64,000 bases of DNA from Clostridia bacterium (GCA_045652745.1 JAZRUW010000027.1:353-64352), one strand, 5' to 3'; shown: positions 1-9,915, numbered from the stretch's first letter. Translations and numbers: made by a program. Notes: generated by a model not told the origin, from the sequence alone.

Positions 1-480
1 AAATGCTCAAGGCAAATCGAAAGTGATATACGGTCATGGATGTCGCAAAAAAATAATGTAAGCAAGAGAATAAAACGACTTCAGGACAGTATTAATGCAA
101 CCGAGCTTGAGGTTGAACAAATCCTGATGGAGAAAATCAAGGACAGGGATAATGCCGAAAGATATGAAAGAATGATAGAAAAGCGAAACAGAGAAATCGA
201 AGGCTTCAAAAACGAGATTGCAAAGATAGAGAATATTGATAAAACTATCAAAGAGAGAAAAAAGGCAATGCTCGAAAATGCAAATCTGCTTGATAAGATA
301 TTAAGTGAAAAAGAACTGAGCCACACAAATCTGTGTCTGCTGCTGGAAAAAATCATAATTCACGAGGATGAATACGGACTCCGCCTTGAAATACGAATGA
401 AAGCACCATTCCTCGAAAAAAGCTATACAGATGAAATCGGTATGATATACGAGGACGATTACGAGGAAGTATCAGCCTGA
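1..480 (+). CDS. C-terminal part of a large serine recombinase-like protein (coiled coil plus DUF4368-like tail); 5' end outside the window
   Basis: The frame of ORF 40..480 stays open back to nt 1, so the gene is cut by the window edge. A Lys/Glu-rich coiled coil is followed by LLLEKIIIHEDE..LEIRMK. I associate this pattern with the C-terminus of clostridial large serine recombinases. The gene ends 16 nt before a hairpin terminator. Confidence 0.45.
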   Translation, partial: KCSRQIESDIRSWMSQKNNVSKRIKRLQDSINATELEVEQILMEKIKDRDNAERYERMIEKRNREIEGFKNEIAKIENIDKTIKERKKAMLENANLLDKILSEKELSHTNLCLLLEKIIIHEDEYGLRLEIRMKAPFLEKSYTDEIGMIYEDDYEEVSA

Positions 481-495
481 AAAATAATAGGCACG

Positions 496-529
496 AAAAA
501 AGCTTACAGTCAAATCCTGTAAGCTTTTT
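496..529. terminator. Bidirectional intrinsic terminator between the recombinase gene and tRNA-Leu
   Basis: The stem is agcttacag (501-509) / ctgtaagct (517-525) with a 7-nt loop. It is flanked by an A-run (496-500) and a T-run (526-529). Confidence 0.7.
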
Positions 530-534
530 GTCGG

Positions 535-618
535 TGGTGCGGATGAAGGGACTTGAACCCCCACGATAAAATCACTAGATCCTAAGTCTAGCGCGTCTGC
601 CAATTCCGCCACATCCGC
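535..618 (-). tRNA. tRNA-Leu (anticodon UAG)
   Basis: The reverse complement reads GCGGATGTGGCGGAATTGGCAGACGCGCTAGACTTAGGATCTAGTGATTTTATCGTGGGGGTTCAAGTCCCTTCATCCGCACCA. It has a 7-bp acceptor stem GCGGATG/CATCCGC, an anticodon stem CTAGA/TCTAG with loop CTTAGGA, a long variable arm, a GTTCAAGTC T-loop and an encoded CCA. Confidence 0.9.
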
Positions 619-945
619 ATATTAAGTTTTTACCTCTTAATTTTTACACGGGAGAGGTTACCCGAGGAGGAGCATATCGCTTAACTCTCATATATGAAAA
701 CGGATAAAACCGTAATCAACAATAAAATCACATACAGGACGGAACCTAAGTCTAGCGCGTCTGCCAATTCCGCCACATCCGCATATTAAGTTTTTACCTC
801 TTAATTTTACACGGTGGAGGTACACCGAGGAGGAGCATATCGCTTAATCCTCATCTATGAAAACGGAAAAATCCGTAATCAACAATAAATTCACATGCAG
901 GACTGATCCTAAGTCTAGCGCGTCTGCCAATTCCGCCACGGGCGC
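581..945. repeat. Tandem array (164 + 163 + 38 bp) repeating the 5' half of tRNA-Leu plus about 125 bp of its upstream leader
   Basis: The string cctaagtctagcgcgtctgccaattccgccac starts at 581, 745 and 908. Units 1 and 2 continue with near-identical leader sequence (atccgcatattaagtttttacctcttaatttt...caggac). Unit 3 ends in ccacgggcgc, which gives a different acceptor strand (GCGCCCG). Confidence 0.85.
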
Positions 946-1072
946 GAATGTTGCACTTTCTTTTTTTGAAAACAATATGCTATTATTATAACAGTGAATT
1001 CAGAAAAAGTCAAGAGGAGAGATACTGATGGAAAGAGCGATTGACAGACCGGATGCCTCTCAACCGATAGAG

Positions 1073-1106
1073 AAATAAATATCCCCCGTGCGGGGGATAT
1101 TTATTT
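1073..1106. terminator. Hairpin terminator overlapping the stop codon of the 1101..1457 gene
   Basis: The palindrome aaataaatatccccc-gtgc-gggggatatttattt forms a 15-bp stem with a 4-nt loop. Confidence 0.6.
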
Positions 1107-1457
1107 CTTAAAACTCTGCTGAATATATTCCGAGGCATTTTTGGCGTTTGCAACGTAAAGGCAATCTGTTATGTCGCACAGTGGAGCGACCTGTTTTAAA
1201 ATGTCCGAACTTTCGCTGTTGTCTAGAACAATGAGTTCATAACGGCCTTCGGGGTTTTGTTCATAGAGCAGATTTAAAAGATTGGCAATACCACCACGCG
1301 CATTTTCGCGGACGGCCTCGGCCGGAATAAGCACCGTCATTTGGACAGGCAGCGTATCTTTAAACATAAAATAGCGCACGATATCGCATAAAAGCACCGC
1401 AAAGCCAGCCAGGGCAAAAAACCAAAGCAAAAGCTCGGGCAAGATATTTGTCTGCAT
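1101..1457 (-). CDS. Hypothetical small membrane-anchored protein (118 aa)
   Basis: The ORF has an N-terminal hydrophobic helix (LLLWFFALAGFAVLLC). I recognise no family. Confidence 0.45.
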   Translation of the reverse strand: MQTNILPELLLWFFALAGFAVLLCDIVRYFMFKDTLPVQMTVLIPAEAVRENARGGIANLLNLLYEQNPEGRYELIVLDNSESSDILKQVAPLCDITDCLYVANAKNASEYIQQSFKK

Positions 1458-1569
1458 ATTGCATCCCTCCTGTCATAATGTATGCGCACAAATACAAGAG
1501 TGTGCGCATTGACGGGCGGCATTTTTCTTGGTATAATGTGAGATAGAAAATCCGAAAAGGAGAGCGGAT

Positions 1570-3831
1570 ATGGGACGCAGAAAAATATGGACGCGAATTT
1601 TTGTCGGTTATATATTGCTGGGTGTTTTTTGTGCAACGGCGCTTATAGGCGCTCTTGTGGCCTGGACCAATACATATGTAAATTACCGTGAAGAAAGTGA
1701 ACTTAGGCAAAAACTGACCAATGTGGCCAAGAGTATTGATATACAGACCAATACGGCGCAGGAGGTTGTAAATGCTTTATACTGGGATGCGGATATTCGC
1801 AGTATGGCGCAGGTCGGTGCAGAAAATGTAGACACCGAGGCGGTATGCCGCGCCTTAAAACAGCGTTCGGACAGCGCAAACGCAAAACAGATGGAAGTGT
1901 ATGTTTCTACGCTGGAACATTCACTTGACAGTGTCGTTGGTGCAGAGCGTGTTTCCAGTGCGCTCAGTTTTTTGAAAACCGAGGGTTTCGGTTCGAGTTC
2001 GGCGATGGATATTGCCAATTACTTTACAAGCAATGCGACAGATACGTATTTTCGTCTGATGGAAGAAAGCGCTACGGGCAAGCTTGGCAGTCGTTTGGCT
2101 ATTGTGGAGAGAAAGTTTTACGGAAATGATCCGATTTACTTTTTCACATTTGTGGATTTAAATCATTTTGTGCCCGAACAATCGGTGTCGGACACGGTGA
2201 TGATTGTTTCTGAGGGTTTGCTTTTGGCGAGCAGTAATTACAGCTTGGGTGCACCACGCAAGGGGATGTATGCGCTGTTAGAGCGCATGGGAAGCTTTTC
2301 CGCCATGGAGGGCAAGCCGAATATAGAGCAAGACTATGCCTTCGCTGTGAGCCAGTCGGAGGTAATGAGTTGGTATTACGTGTTGGCAACGCCGTATGTA
2401 TTCTTTTCGCCGTTGCGTATGAATTTGTATTTGCTGTGTATGGCGATTGTTATGCTCACGCTGGGCGTTTATACAGCCATCGGCCTGTTGCTTCGCCGTT
2501 ATGCATATGCGCCGTTGGCAGAAACGATAGAAAAACTGGGGGCATATACTAACGCGCGATGTGATGCAGAGGATAAATATATTTGCGATACCGTACAGAC
2601 ATTGGCAGAACTGGCTCGAGAATATCGTGAGGAAAATGCGGGGCATATACAGCGTGCTTATTTGGAAACATTGCGCCATATGCTGCGCGGCATCAAGCCT
2701 TCGGAGGAGATGCAACGGAAATTAGAAGAAGTTTTTTGCGCGCAAAAAGACGGTCCGTACCGCGTATGTGTATTGGAGTTTTCCAGATATGCGCAACTTG
2801 GCGATGCATTTTCGGAAGAAATGATTTACGAAATTCGCTGCCAAGTGATTGAGTTTATCGTGCAGCAACTCGGTGAAAGTGTCGTTGCTGCGCCGATGCT
2901 GATGGATTACAAAAGTTTTGTTGTAATTACGGCAGGCGTGGAAATGCGTATATTGCGTGCGAAACTGATGAATGTGGTTGCGACCGTGGAGGGTAGTTTT
3001 GAAACGGAACTTGCCGGCGCGGTAGGCGATTTGTGTGAGCGGCTTTCGCACATCGGCACATCTTATGCATCCGCACTGAAAATTTTGGACACCCATTACA
3101 GTCTCGGCAGTCGAAATTCGATTGTGACAAGTGAAGATGTGGTAGTCAACATGGGCGGAAACGGTCTGTTTTATCCGATTGACACAGAGCGCGAACTCAT
3201 TGCCGAGGTTATCCGTTGTCACGAAGAAGAAGTGGCACAGATTTTGACACAGCTTTTGGATGAAAACTTCGAAAAGCACGCACTGACCAAGGAGCGTTTA
3301 AATTCGTTTGCATTTTCAATTGCATCTACCGTCAACCGTGTGGCAGAGACCTTGGGCAAGGGTACGCAGGAAATTTTCGGTGAGGGCAACATTGTTTTTC
3401 TCGAACTGAAAATGTGTACGGACAAGATGGAACTACGCGGTAAGGTGTACGGGATGTTTAACACCTTAATTGAGTTCGTGCAAAAGCAAACACCGGACAC
3501 GGAGCGCGATATTTCCGCTTTGATGCTTGAATACATTCATGCACATTACAATGAGGATATTTCGCTCTCGGACTTGAGTAATGCTTTTTCGCTGTCGCTG
3601 AGTTACACAAGTACGCTTTTCAAAGAAGTGACGGGCGAGAATTTTAAAGATTACTTAAACCGATATCGAATCAAGCGCGCCTGCGATGTTTTATTGCAGG
3701 AGCCGGGGATTAAAAATACGGAACTTGCAAAACGTGTGGGATGCAATACCGTCGCAACGCTTTTGCGTTTATTTAACAAATATGAAGGGGTAACGCCCGG
3801 TCAGTATGGGAAAAAAGTGAGTGACGGTTAA
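1570..3831 (+). CDS. Membrane-bound AraC-family transcriptional regulator (753 aa)
   Basis: The C-terminus has a typical AraC double HTH (YIHAHYNEDISLSDLSNAFSLSLSYTSTLFKEVTGENFKDYLNRYRIKRACDVLL ... GVTPGQY). There are two hydrophobic helices, at aa about 10-32 and about 293-318. The RBS is aaaggagag. Confidence 0.8.
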   Translation: MGRRKIWTRIFVGYILLGVFCATALIGALVAWTNTYVNYREESELRQKLTNVAKSIDIQTNTAQEVVNALYWDADIRSMAQVGAENVDTEAVCRALKQRSDSANAKQMEVYVSTLEHSLDSVVGAERVSSALSFLKTEGFGSSSAMDIANYFTSNATDTYFRLMEESATGKLGSRLAIVERKFYGNDPIYFFTFVDLNHFVPEQSVSDTVMIVSEGLLLASSNYSLGAPRKGMYALLERMGSFSAMEGKPNIEQDYAFAVSQSEVMSWYYVLATPYVFFSPLRMNLYLLCMAIVMLTLGVYTAIGLLLRRYAYAPLAETIEKLGAYTNARCDAEDKYICDTVQTLAELAREYREENAGHIQRAYLETLRHMLRGIKPSEEMQRKLEEVFCAQKDGPYRVCVLEFSRYAQLGDAFSEEMIYEIRCQVIEFIVQQLGESVVAAPMLMDYKSFVVITAGVEMRILRAKLMNVVATVEGSFETELAGAVGDLCERLSHIGTSYASALKILDTHYSLGSRNSIVTSEDVVVNMGGNGLFYPIDTERELIAEVIRCHEEEVAQILTQLLDENFEKHALTKERLNSFAFSIASTVNRVAETLGKGTQEIFGEGNIVFLELKMCTDKMELRGKVYGMFNTLIEFVQKQTPDTERDISALMLEYIHAHYNEDISLSDLSNAFSLSLSYTSTLFKEVTGENFKDYLNRYRIKRACDVLLQEPGIKNTELAKRVGCNTVATLLRLFNKYEGVTPGQYGKKVSDG

Positions 3832-3891
3832 GCCGATTTGGTTTGTCCGTTCCAAACATTTTTATTTCGCCACTTAAAAAATAAAGTTGAA

Positions 3892-3927
3892 AAGACCGTC
3901 CGCTTTGCACAAGCAGACGGTCTTTTC
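3892..3927 (+). terminator. Intrinsic terminator after the AraC-family gene
   Basis: The stem is agaccgtc / gacggtct and is followed by tttt. Confidence 0.6.
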
Positions 3928-4231
3928 GTTGGGGGAAAAGGATTGACCTTTTCGGCGGCGCGTTTGATTGGGGTTGGGGTCGCCCGCGCCGCATCGAAAA
4001 TGTATTTCGTGAGGTCATTATCATTATGCACCTGTATGTTTGAGATTATACATGAATTTTAAAAATTAATTTTAAGCAAAATAAACGGGCGAGTACATAA
4101 ACTGGCCCGTACAATGTTTGTATCCATTTGCATGCAGGGCAATGGTGCATCATTGCCGACTTTTAGTTCCCGTAATTTTCTGTGTTACATCCGCTAAAAG
4201 TGTATAGGCTTTGTTTTCGAAAAGTTTTATA

Positions 4232-4918
4232 TTATATTTTCTCCAACAGCCTTGGAATTTCGACGAGTGTTTTTACGGTAAAATCCGGTTTGTTATCCGC
4301 CGGCATGGGTGCACCATGCGGATTAAACCAGCAGGTGTGAATTCCTGCGTTTTTGCCGCCGTTTATGTCGGAGGACAAACTGTCACCGATGATGACTGTT
4401 TCCTCTTTTCTGAAATTTTCAATTTTAGAAAAACAGTAGTTAAAATAGCCGATGTCCGGCTTGTTGATGCCGACATCCTGAGAAATAAAAATCTCATCAA
4501 AATAGCGCGCGATGCCGGAGCTTGCGATGCGCCCTTTTTGCACATGTGTTGTGCCGTTGGAGGCTAAAAACAGTTTATATTTGCCGTAAAGCGCATCTAA
4601 AAGAGCCTCGGCACCGTCTATAAAATAATGGCCTTGTCCGAGGTGGTTTTCGTAGCACGTTTTGACCTGCCACGCATTGCAATCAATGCCAAATTCATCA
4701 AATAAAATCTTGAAACGGTTAAGCAATACCTGTTCACGAGTCACTTCTTTGCGCTCGAGCGCTTTCCAAAGGCTTTCATTGATTTGGCTGTAACGCGAAA
4801 CAATGGCGGGTGTCGGCTCAAGTCCGTGCTCGGTCAGCGTCTTAGAAAGGGCTGCCGCTTCTGCTTTTTTAAAATCAAAAATTGTATCATCTAAATCCAA
4901 AAAAACATTCTTTATCAT
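4232..4918 (-). CDS. HAD-superfamily hydrolase (YjjG-like nucleotidase type)
   Basis: The protein starts MIKNVFLDLDDTIFDF (DxD motif I). It also has SNG (motif II) and IGDSLSSDINGG (motif IV). I moved the start to the ATG at 4918, because the ORF-track start at 5050 would overlap the upstream gene and its terminator. Confidence 0.8.
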   Translation of the reverse strand: MIKNVFLDLDDTIFDFKKAEAAALSKTLTEHGLEPTPAIVSRYSQINESLWKALERKEVTREQVLLNRFKILFDEFGIDCNAWQVKTCYENHLGQGHYFIDGAEALLDALYGKYKLFLASNGTTHVQKGRIASSGIARYFDEIFISQDVGINKPDIGYFNYCFSKIENFRKEETVIIGDSLSSDINGGKNAGIHTCWFNPHGAPMPADNKPDFTVKTLVEIPRLLEKI

Positions 4919-4962
4919 AGCTTTAATGAAAAGGGGCGTAAAACGCCCCTTTATCCCTTCGA

Positions 4963-5610
4963 TTAGTATCCTAAAACTTCCGGCACCAGAATTACGGTAA
5001 TTCGCTCCGGCCATTTTACGCAGGTATGTACAATGCTTGTGGTGTTGCACATTCTGGCTTTGCAGTCACAATCTACACATACGCCTGTCTCTGCACACGG
5101 AGTCTGATGTTTGATGCGCTTTGCATTGAGCGGAGCAATCTTCATACTTCTTTCAATACCCTCGGCGATATCTTCTACAATTTTGTTTACACCGGCGATG
5201 ACGATAACCTTCTTCGGGCCGAAACTGATGCAGCCTACGCGGTTACCGGTCGAGTCGGTGTTGACAAGTTCACCATTTTTGGTTACGGCATTGGTGCTGG
5301 TTACAAACCAGTCTGCAAAGTAACCTTCGCGGTATTTATCCATAATGATTTCGAAGTTCGGCTGATGATAGCGGTCAATCCAGTTATATTTTCCGCTATT
5401 TTCGAGCAAATCCTCTACGCCGGTTTCAATCAGCGTAACAGAGCCGCCGACTGCAACGGTTGCTTTTTCCGGAATCATCTCTTCTACGATGCCGCGGATT
5501 TCATCTGCACTGTTTGCAATCACTACGCCGTAGTGCTTTCTTCTCAGCGCCTCGGCAACTTCGTTAATTTTGTTTTGCGCGTCCCATTTGAGTACTTCTT
5601 TTGCATCCAT
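4963..5610 (-). CDS. LUD-domain (lactate-utilization, YkgG/LutC-like) protein
   Basis: Full-length pattern: ..ATVAVGGSVTLIETG..SSNAVTKNGELVNTDSTGNRV..GPKKVIVIAGVNKIV..TPCAETGVCVDCDC..ITVILVPEVLGY. Confidence 0.7.
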   Translation of the reverse strand: MDAKEVLKWDAQNKINEVAEALRRKHYGVVIANSADEIRGIVEEMIPEKATVAVGGSVTLIETGVEDLLENSGKYNWIDRYHQPNFEIIMDKYREGYFADWFVTSTNAVTKNGELVNTDSTGNRVGCISFGPKKVIVIAGVNKIVEDIAEGIERSMKIAPLNAKRIKHQTPCAETGVCVDCDCKARMCNTTSIVHTCVKWPERITVILVPEVLGY

Positions 5611-5630
5611 TTTAACATTCTCCTCTCGGT

Positions 5631-6017
5631 TTATACTAACGGTTCCGGTCTGTAAATCAAGTGGCTGATGTTGCCTTCCGGATCGGCAAAAAAGAAGGTC
5701 TTAATGCCTTTCGGAGATACGGCTACATCTGCAATTACAGCTACATTGGCCGCCTTTAATTTTTCGACCATGGCATCGAATTTGTCATCGTCGATGGTAA
5801 GTGCCAGATGGCGAATACCTGCGGTTTTGTCGGTTGCGTCCTGCTTCGGCGCTGCCGCCATGCAAAACTCAATCATATCTCCGCTTTCAAAGGCAAGAAA
5901 AATTGTACCCTTGCCGTTGTTGTACACTTCGCGCAGACCGAACATCTCCTTGTACCAGTCGGTCAGCGTTTTGGTGTCGTTTGCAAAAACTGCAACGTGT
6001 TCCATACCTTTTACCAT
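5631..6017 (-). CDS. VOC / glyoxalase-family protein
   Basis: The protein contains MEHVAVFANDTKTLTDWYKEMFG...IRHLALTIDD...FFFADPEGNISHLIY. I placed the start at the ATG at 6017, which is preceded by aggagg. Confidence 0.7.
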   Translation of the reverse strand: MVKGMEHVAVFANDTKTLTDWYKEMFGLREVYNNGKGTIFLAFESGDMIEFCMAAAPKQDATDKTAGIRHLALTIDDDKFDAMVEKLKAANVAVIADVAVSPKGIKTFFFADPEGNISHLIYRPEPLV

Positions 6018-6030
6018 TTTATATTGCCTC

Positions 6031-6696
6031 CTAAAAAATGAATTTACCTTTTGCATACACTGCCGTTCTGTGCGGCAGTATACATTCTGCTTTAAAGTCC
6101 GGCAGGTATTTTTGCATTGCGGCAATTACCAGCTCCGGTTTGATGTTTTTTTCGTTGCCGCACGGCAGGCACATTCTTAATGTGTATATACCGTTTTCGC
6201 AACGTTCCGATTTGAGCACGGAAATGTCGGGTTTGATGTCAATTTCTTTTATACCTTTTTTGGTTTTCTTTTCAATTAAGATTTCAGGAAGCGCCAAAAA
6301 CATATCTATGTCCGGTACCGCTCCGGAAAATTCCACATCCACGATATAACTTGCGGAGTCAATCTCACGAAAGGCGATGCTCTCGTTTGTCACTTCTTTG
6401 GCCTCGAGGACATGTATGCCCTCGGGGAAAGTCGCATCCAGATGCGCCGCCAGAAATCTTGTGTCCTGTTTTGTATCGAAATCAATGTCGATACATTCAT
6501 AACTGCTCGTTGTGCCCACCGGAATCGGCGCGGCAACCGTCATTACCGGGTGCGGATTAAAGCCGACCGTATACGTTACGGGCAGGCCGCTTCTGCGGAT
6601 GGTGCGGTTTAATACGCGCACAAAGTCGAGTTGAGAGATATAGCGTACATTTACGCCCTTTTCGTAGAGCAGGCGATAGGTGTAATTACCTTTCAA
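6031..6696 (-). CDS. TIGR03936 / DUF2344-family radical-SAM-associated protein
   Basis: The protein contains YRLLYEKGVNVRYISQLDFVRVLNRTIRRSGLPVTYTVGFNPHPVM and is paired with the upstream TIGR03960-type radical SAM gene. The start is uncertain: TTG at 6696 after GGAGGAGG, or GTG at 6705. The ORF-track start at 6786 lies inside the upstream gene. Confidence 0.7.
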   Translation of the reverse strand: MKGNYTYRLLYEKGVNVRYISQLDFVRVLNRTIRRSGLPVTYTVGFNPHPVMTVAAPIPVGTTSSYECIDIDFDTKQDTRFLAAHLDATFPEGIHVLEAKEVTNESIAFREIDSASYIVDVEFSGAVPDIDMFLALPEILIEKKTKKGIKEIDIKPDISVLKSERCENGIYTLRMCLPCGNEKNIKPELVIAAMQKYLPDFKAECILPHRTAVYAKGKFIF

Positions 6697-8521
6697 AGCA
6701 CACACCTCCTCCAAAACAGCTTGCACCGCAACCGGTGCACTTTTCGCGGCAGTTTGGGGTAACAATACCCTTGTATGCCAGTTCACATTCTTTTTGTAAA
6801 AATGCCTTGGTTACGCCGACATCGATGTGATCCCACGGCAGAATTTCGTCAAAACTGCGGCGGCGGTTGTTGTAAAAACGGATATCGAGGCCACATTCTT
6901 CAAAGGCCTGCATCCAACCCTCAAAATTAAAGTATTCGTCCCAACCGTCAAACTTGCATCCGTGACGGTGTGCGGCCAGAAGCACTTTACCCAAACGGCG
7001 GTCGCCGCGGGCGAATACGCCTTCCAAAATGGTGACTTTGGATTCGTGCCAACTAAACGAAATCTGGCGCGAACGGATGGCGCTGCGCGCAACCTTCTGC
7101 TTTTCTAAAATCGTGTCCAAATCATCCTGCGCTTCCCACTGAAACGGGGTAAACGGCTTGGGCACAAATGTAGATGCGCTTACTGAAATGCGCGGACTGC
7201 CCTGACGTTCTTCTTTGGGCTGGGCATAGTAGGCGTCGAGCACTTTGTGTGCCAGAGCGCCGATACCGCGCACATCATCTTCCGTCTCCGTCGGCAGACC
7301 AATCATGAAGTAGAGTTTTAAATTCGTCCAGCCGCCGGAGAAAACCATAGATACAGAGCGGATTAAATCTGCTTCGGTTACGCCCTTTTTAATTACGTCG
7401 CGCAGACGCTGTGTTCCGGCCTCCGGTGCAAAGGTGATGCCGCTTTTGCGTACGGTCTGCACCTTGTGCATTAAATCGAGCGAGAAATTGTCGATGCGAA
7501 GCGATGGCAAAGACAAATTGACTTTCTGCTTTTCGATTTCGTCTAAAAGTCCTTCGGTGAGTTCATTTAATTCGCGGTAATCGCTGGTGCTCAGCGAGCA
7601 GAGCGAAATTTCCTCATAACCGGTGGATTTCATCAGCTTGTCTGCCAAATCCAGCAGTTTTTTTGCGCTCTTTTCGCGTACCGGACGGTAGACGTAGCCT
7701 GCCTGACAGAAACGGCAACCGCGGATACAACCGCGGAAAATTTCAAGCGTGATGCGGTCGTGTACCGCTTCGCCGAACGGTACGATAATACTTTCCGGAA
7801 AATAGGAATTGTCAAAATCCGTGATGATGCGTTTGCGGATTTTATCTTTCGCGTGCGCATTGTTTTTGGTAAAGGACTGAATTGTACCGTCTTGGTTATA
7901 CGCTACATCGTAAAAGGACGGAACGTAAATACCTTCCAGTTCGGCAACGCGTTCCAAGAAAGTCTTGCGGTCCTGCTTTTGCTTTTTCCAGTCCGCATAG
8001 ACGTCCATCACTTCGTTTAAGATTTCTTCCCCTTCGCCGAGGATGAAAAAGTCGATAAAATCAGCTAAAGGTTCTCCGTTATAGGCGCATGCGCCGCCGG
8101 CGCAGACAAACGGGTCGCCCTCACCGCGCTCGGATGCCAAAACGGGCACACCGGACAAATCGAGCATGTTTACCACGTTGGAGTAGCACATTTCGTACAT
8201 GAGCGTAAAGCCGATAAAATCAAAATCGCGTACGGCGGATTTCGTTTCGATGGAAAACAACGGCTCACCGCGCTCGCGCATTTTTTCTTCCATATCCGGC
8301 CACGGCGCAAATACGCGCTCGCAGTAGGTATCGGCTCTTTCGTTTAAAAGATGATATAAAATTTTCATGCCCAGATGCGACATGCCGACTTCGTAATTGT
8401 CCGGAAAACAAAAGGCGAAGCGAATGTCTACCGCATTCGGGTCTTTTTTTACCATGCCGAGCTCTCCGCCGGTGTACTGTATCGGCTTGGAGACGGACAT
8501 AAGCAGTTTATCGTCAATCAT
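6686..8521 (-). CDS. B12-binding-domain radical SAM protein (TIGR03960 type)
   Basis: The 611-aa protein has the radical SAM cluster motif CIRGCRFCQAGY and an N-terminus PIQYTGGELG typical of this family. Confidence 0.8.
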   Translation of the reverse strand: MIDDKLLMSVSKPIQYTGGELGMVKKDPNAVDIRFAFCFPDNYEVGMSHLGMKILYHLLNERADTYCERVFAPWPDMEEKMRERGEPLFSIETKSAVRDFDFIGFTLMYEMCYSNVVNMLDLSGVPVLASERGEGDPFVCAGGACAYNGEPLADFIDFFILGEGEEILNEVMDVYADWKKQKQDRKTFLERVAELEGIYVPSFYDVAYNQDGTIQSFTKNNAHAKDKIRKRIITDFDNSYFPESIIVPFGEAVHDRITLEIFRGCIRGCRFCQAGYVYRPVREKSAKKLLDLADKLMKSTGYEEISLCSLSTSDYRELNELTEGLLDEIEKQKVNLSLPSLRIDNFSLDLMHKVQTVRKSGITFAPEAGTQRLRDVIKKGVTEADLIRSVSMVFSGGWTNLKLYFMIGLPTETEDDVRGIGALAHKVLDAYYAQPKEERQGSPRISVSASTFVPKPFTPFQWEAQDDLDTILEKQKVARSAIRSRQISFSWHESKVTILEGVFARGDRRLGKVLLAAHRHGCKFDGWDEYFNFEGWMQAFEECGLDIRFYNNRRRSFDEILPWDHIDVGVTKAFLQKECELAYKGIVTPNCREKCTGCGASCFGGGVCFER

Positions 8522-8721
8522 TTTTATTTACCGCTTTCTTTATTAAAATCAATTTGTCTTATTGTATCATATGTTCGCAAAAAACGCAATGCATACGGGC
8601 AATCTGTCGAAAAAAATTTTCTATTTATATATATTATAGAAAAAAAGTTTTGACAAAGCGACGGTTTTGTAGTATGTTAGAAAAAGGGTTTTGTATTCCG
8701 AGAGGGAATGGAGGTCAAATT

Positions 8722-9885
8722 ATGGATAAGAAAATATTATGGATTTGGCTGACAACGCTTTCCGGAATTACGAGCACGAAAATCGGCGCATTGTTCGAAC
8801 GGTTTGACTCGGTGGAGGATATTTATCGTGCAGGGACGGACGAACTTGTGCGGGTACCGAGAATTACAAAGAAGGATGCACAAAACATTGCGGCGCACGA
8901 TTTAACACGTGCAAATGAGATTTGGACGCGCATTTGTCAAATCGGTGCGTGGGTGCTTTGCTATGACGATGCGCTGTATCCGTCTGCTTTGCGTGAATTA
9001 GATGATATTCCGTATGTACTCTACGGCATGGGGGAAATCCTGAGTTGGGACAGAATGCTTGGGATTACCGTGGTCGGTACGCGTGATGCAACGCCGTACG
9101 GACTGAAAGTCACCGAAACCCTTGCGTATGATTTGGCACAAAACGGAGTAACCGTGATTGCAGGTATGGCGAGGGGTATTGATGCGGCGGCACACTTTGC
9201 AACCATCGCCGCGGGCGGCAAAACCGTTGCGGTGTTAGGCTGCGGCATTGATGTGGTTTATCCTGCGGAAAACCGCAAATTGTATGCACAGATTATCAAA
9301 AACGGTGCGGTCATTACGGAGTTTGCTCCGGGGACGGCTGCCATCGGTACAAATTTTCCGCGCAGAAACCGGATTATGGCGGCCCTGGGCGCAGGTACGC
9401 TTGTTACGGAAGCGCCGACAAAGAGCGGTGCACTGATTACGGCAAGTAAAGCGCTCAACATGGGAAAAGATGTATTTGCCGTGCCGGGCGATTACAATCG
9501 CCACTTTTCGCAGGGATGCAATGATTTGATTCAAAACAGTGGTGCAAAACTGTGTAAAAAGGTAGAGGATATTTTAGAAGAATACACCTACCAGTTGATG
9601 CTTTTGCACGGCGAAGAATATAAAATCCGTAAGGGTCGGCGCTGGATAAAACCGAAACCTGAAACGGTAAAGAAGGTAGCGATTTCACAGGAAAAGTTAC
9701 AGGCACTCGACGAAGAAAGTCGCGAAATCGTCGTTTTGCTTGCAAAGGAAAATATGCACCTTGATGCACTTTGTGCCGCACTCGGCAAAGATGCCGGCAC
9801 GGTAAGTGCGCTGCTTACCATGCTCGAGCTTTCGGGCTTGGTGCGTAGTTTGGGCAGTAACAATTTCGCTATCATCGTTGAATAA
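8722..9885 (+). CDS. dprA: DNA-processing protein DprA (Smf)
   Basis: The protein contains ..VVGTRDATPYG..VIAGMARGIDAAAH..TVAVLGCGIDVVYPAEN..PRRNRIMAALG. The start ATG at 8722 follows ggaggt. dprA-topA-trmFO synteny supports the call. Confidence 0.9.
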   Translation: MDKKILWIWLTTLSGITSTKIGALFERFDSVEDIYRAGTDELVRVPRITKKDAQNIAAHDLTRANEIWTRICQIGAWVLCYDDALYPSALRELDDIPYVLYGMGEILSWDRMLGITVVGTRDATPYGLKVTETLAYDLAQNGVTVIAGMARGIDAAAHFATIAAGGKTVAVLGCGIDVVYPAENRKLYAQIIKNGAVITEFAPGTAAIGTNFPRRNRIMAALGAGTLVTEAPTKSGALITASKALNMGKDVFAVPGDYNRHFSQGCNDLIQNSGAKLCKKVEDILEEYTYQLMLLHGEEYKIRKGRRWIKPKPETVKKVAISQEKLQALDEESREIVVLLAKENMHLDALCAALGKDAGTVSALLTMLELSGLVRSLGSNNFAIIVE

Positions 9886-9915
9886 GAAATTTCATACAGA
9901 TACACGGAGGAACTT

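Noticed and set aside
581-945. Could the regularly spaced repeats near the left edge be a CRISPR array?
   Set aside because: The repeat unit is 163-164 bp and consists of a tRNA 5' half plus leader. There is no 25-40 bp repeat/spacer alternation and there are no cas genes.
1028-1078. A 16-codon ORF (MERAIDRPDASQPIEK) upstream of the tRNA-Leu array.
   Set aside because: It is short, has no conservation evidence, and sits in what is more likely the tRNA promoter / terminator region.
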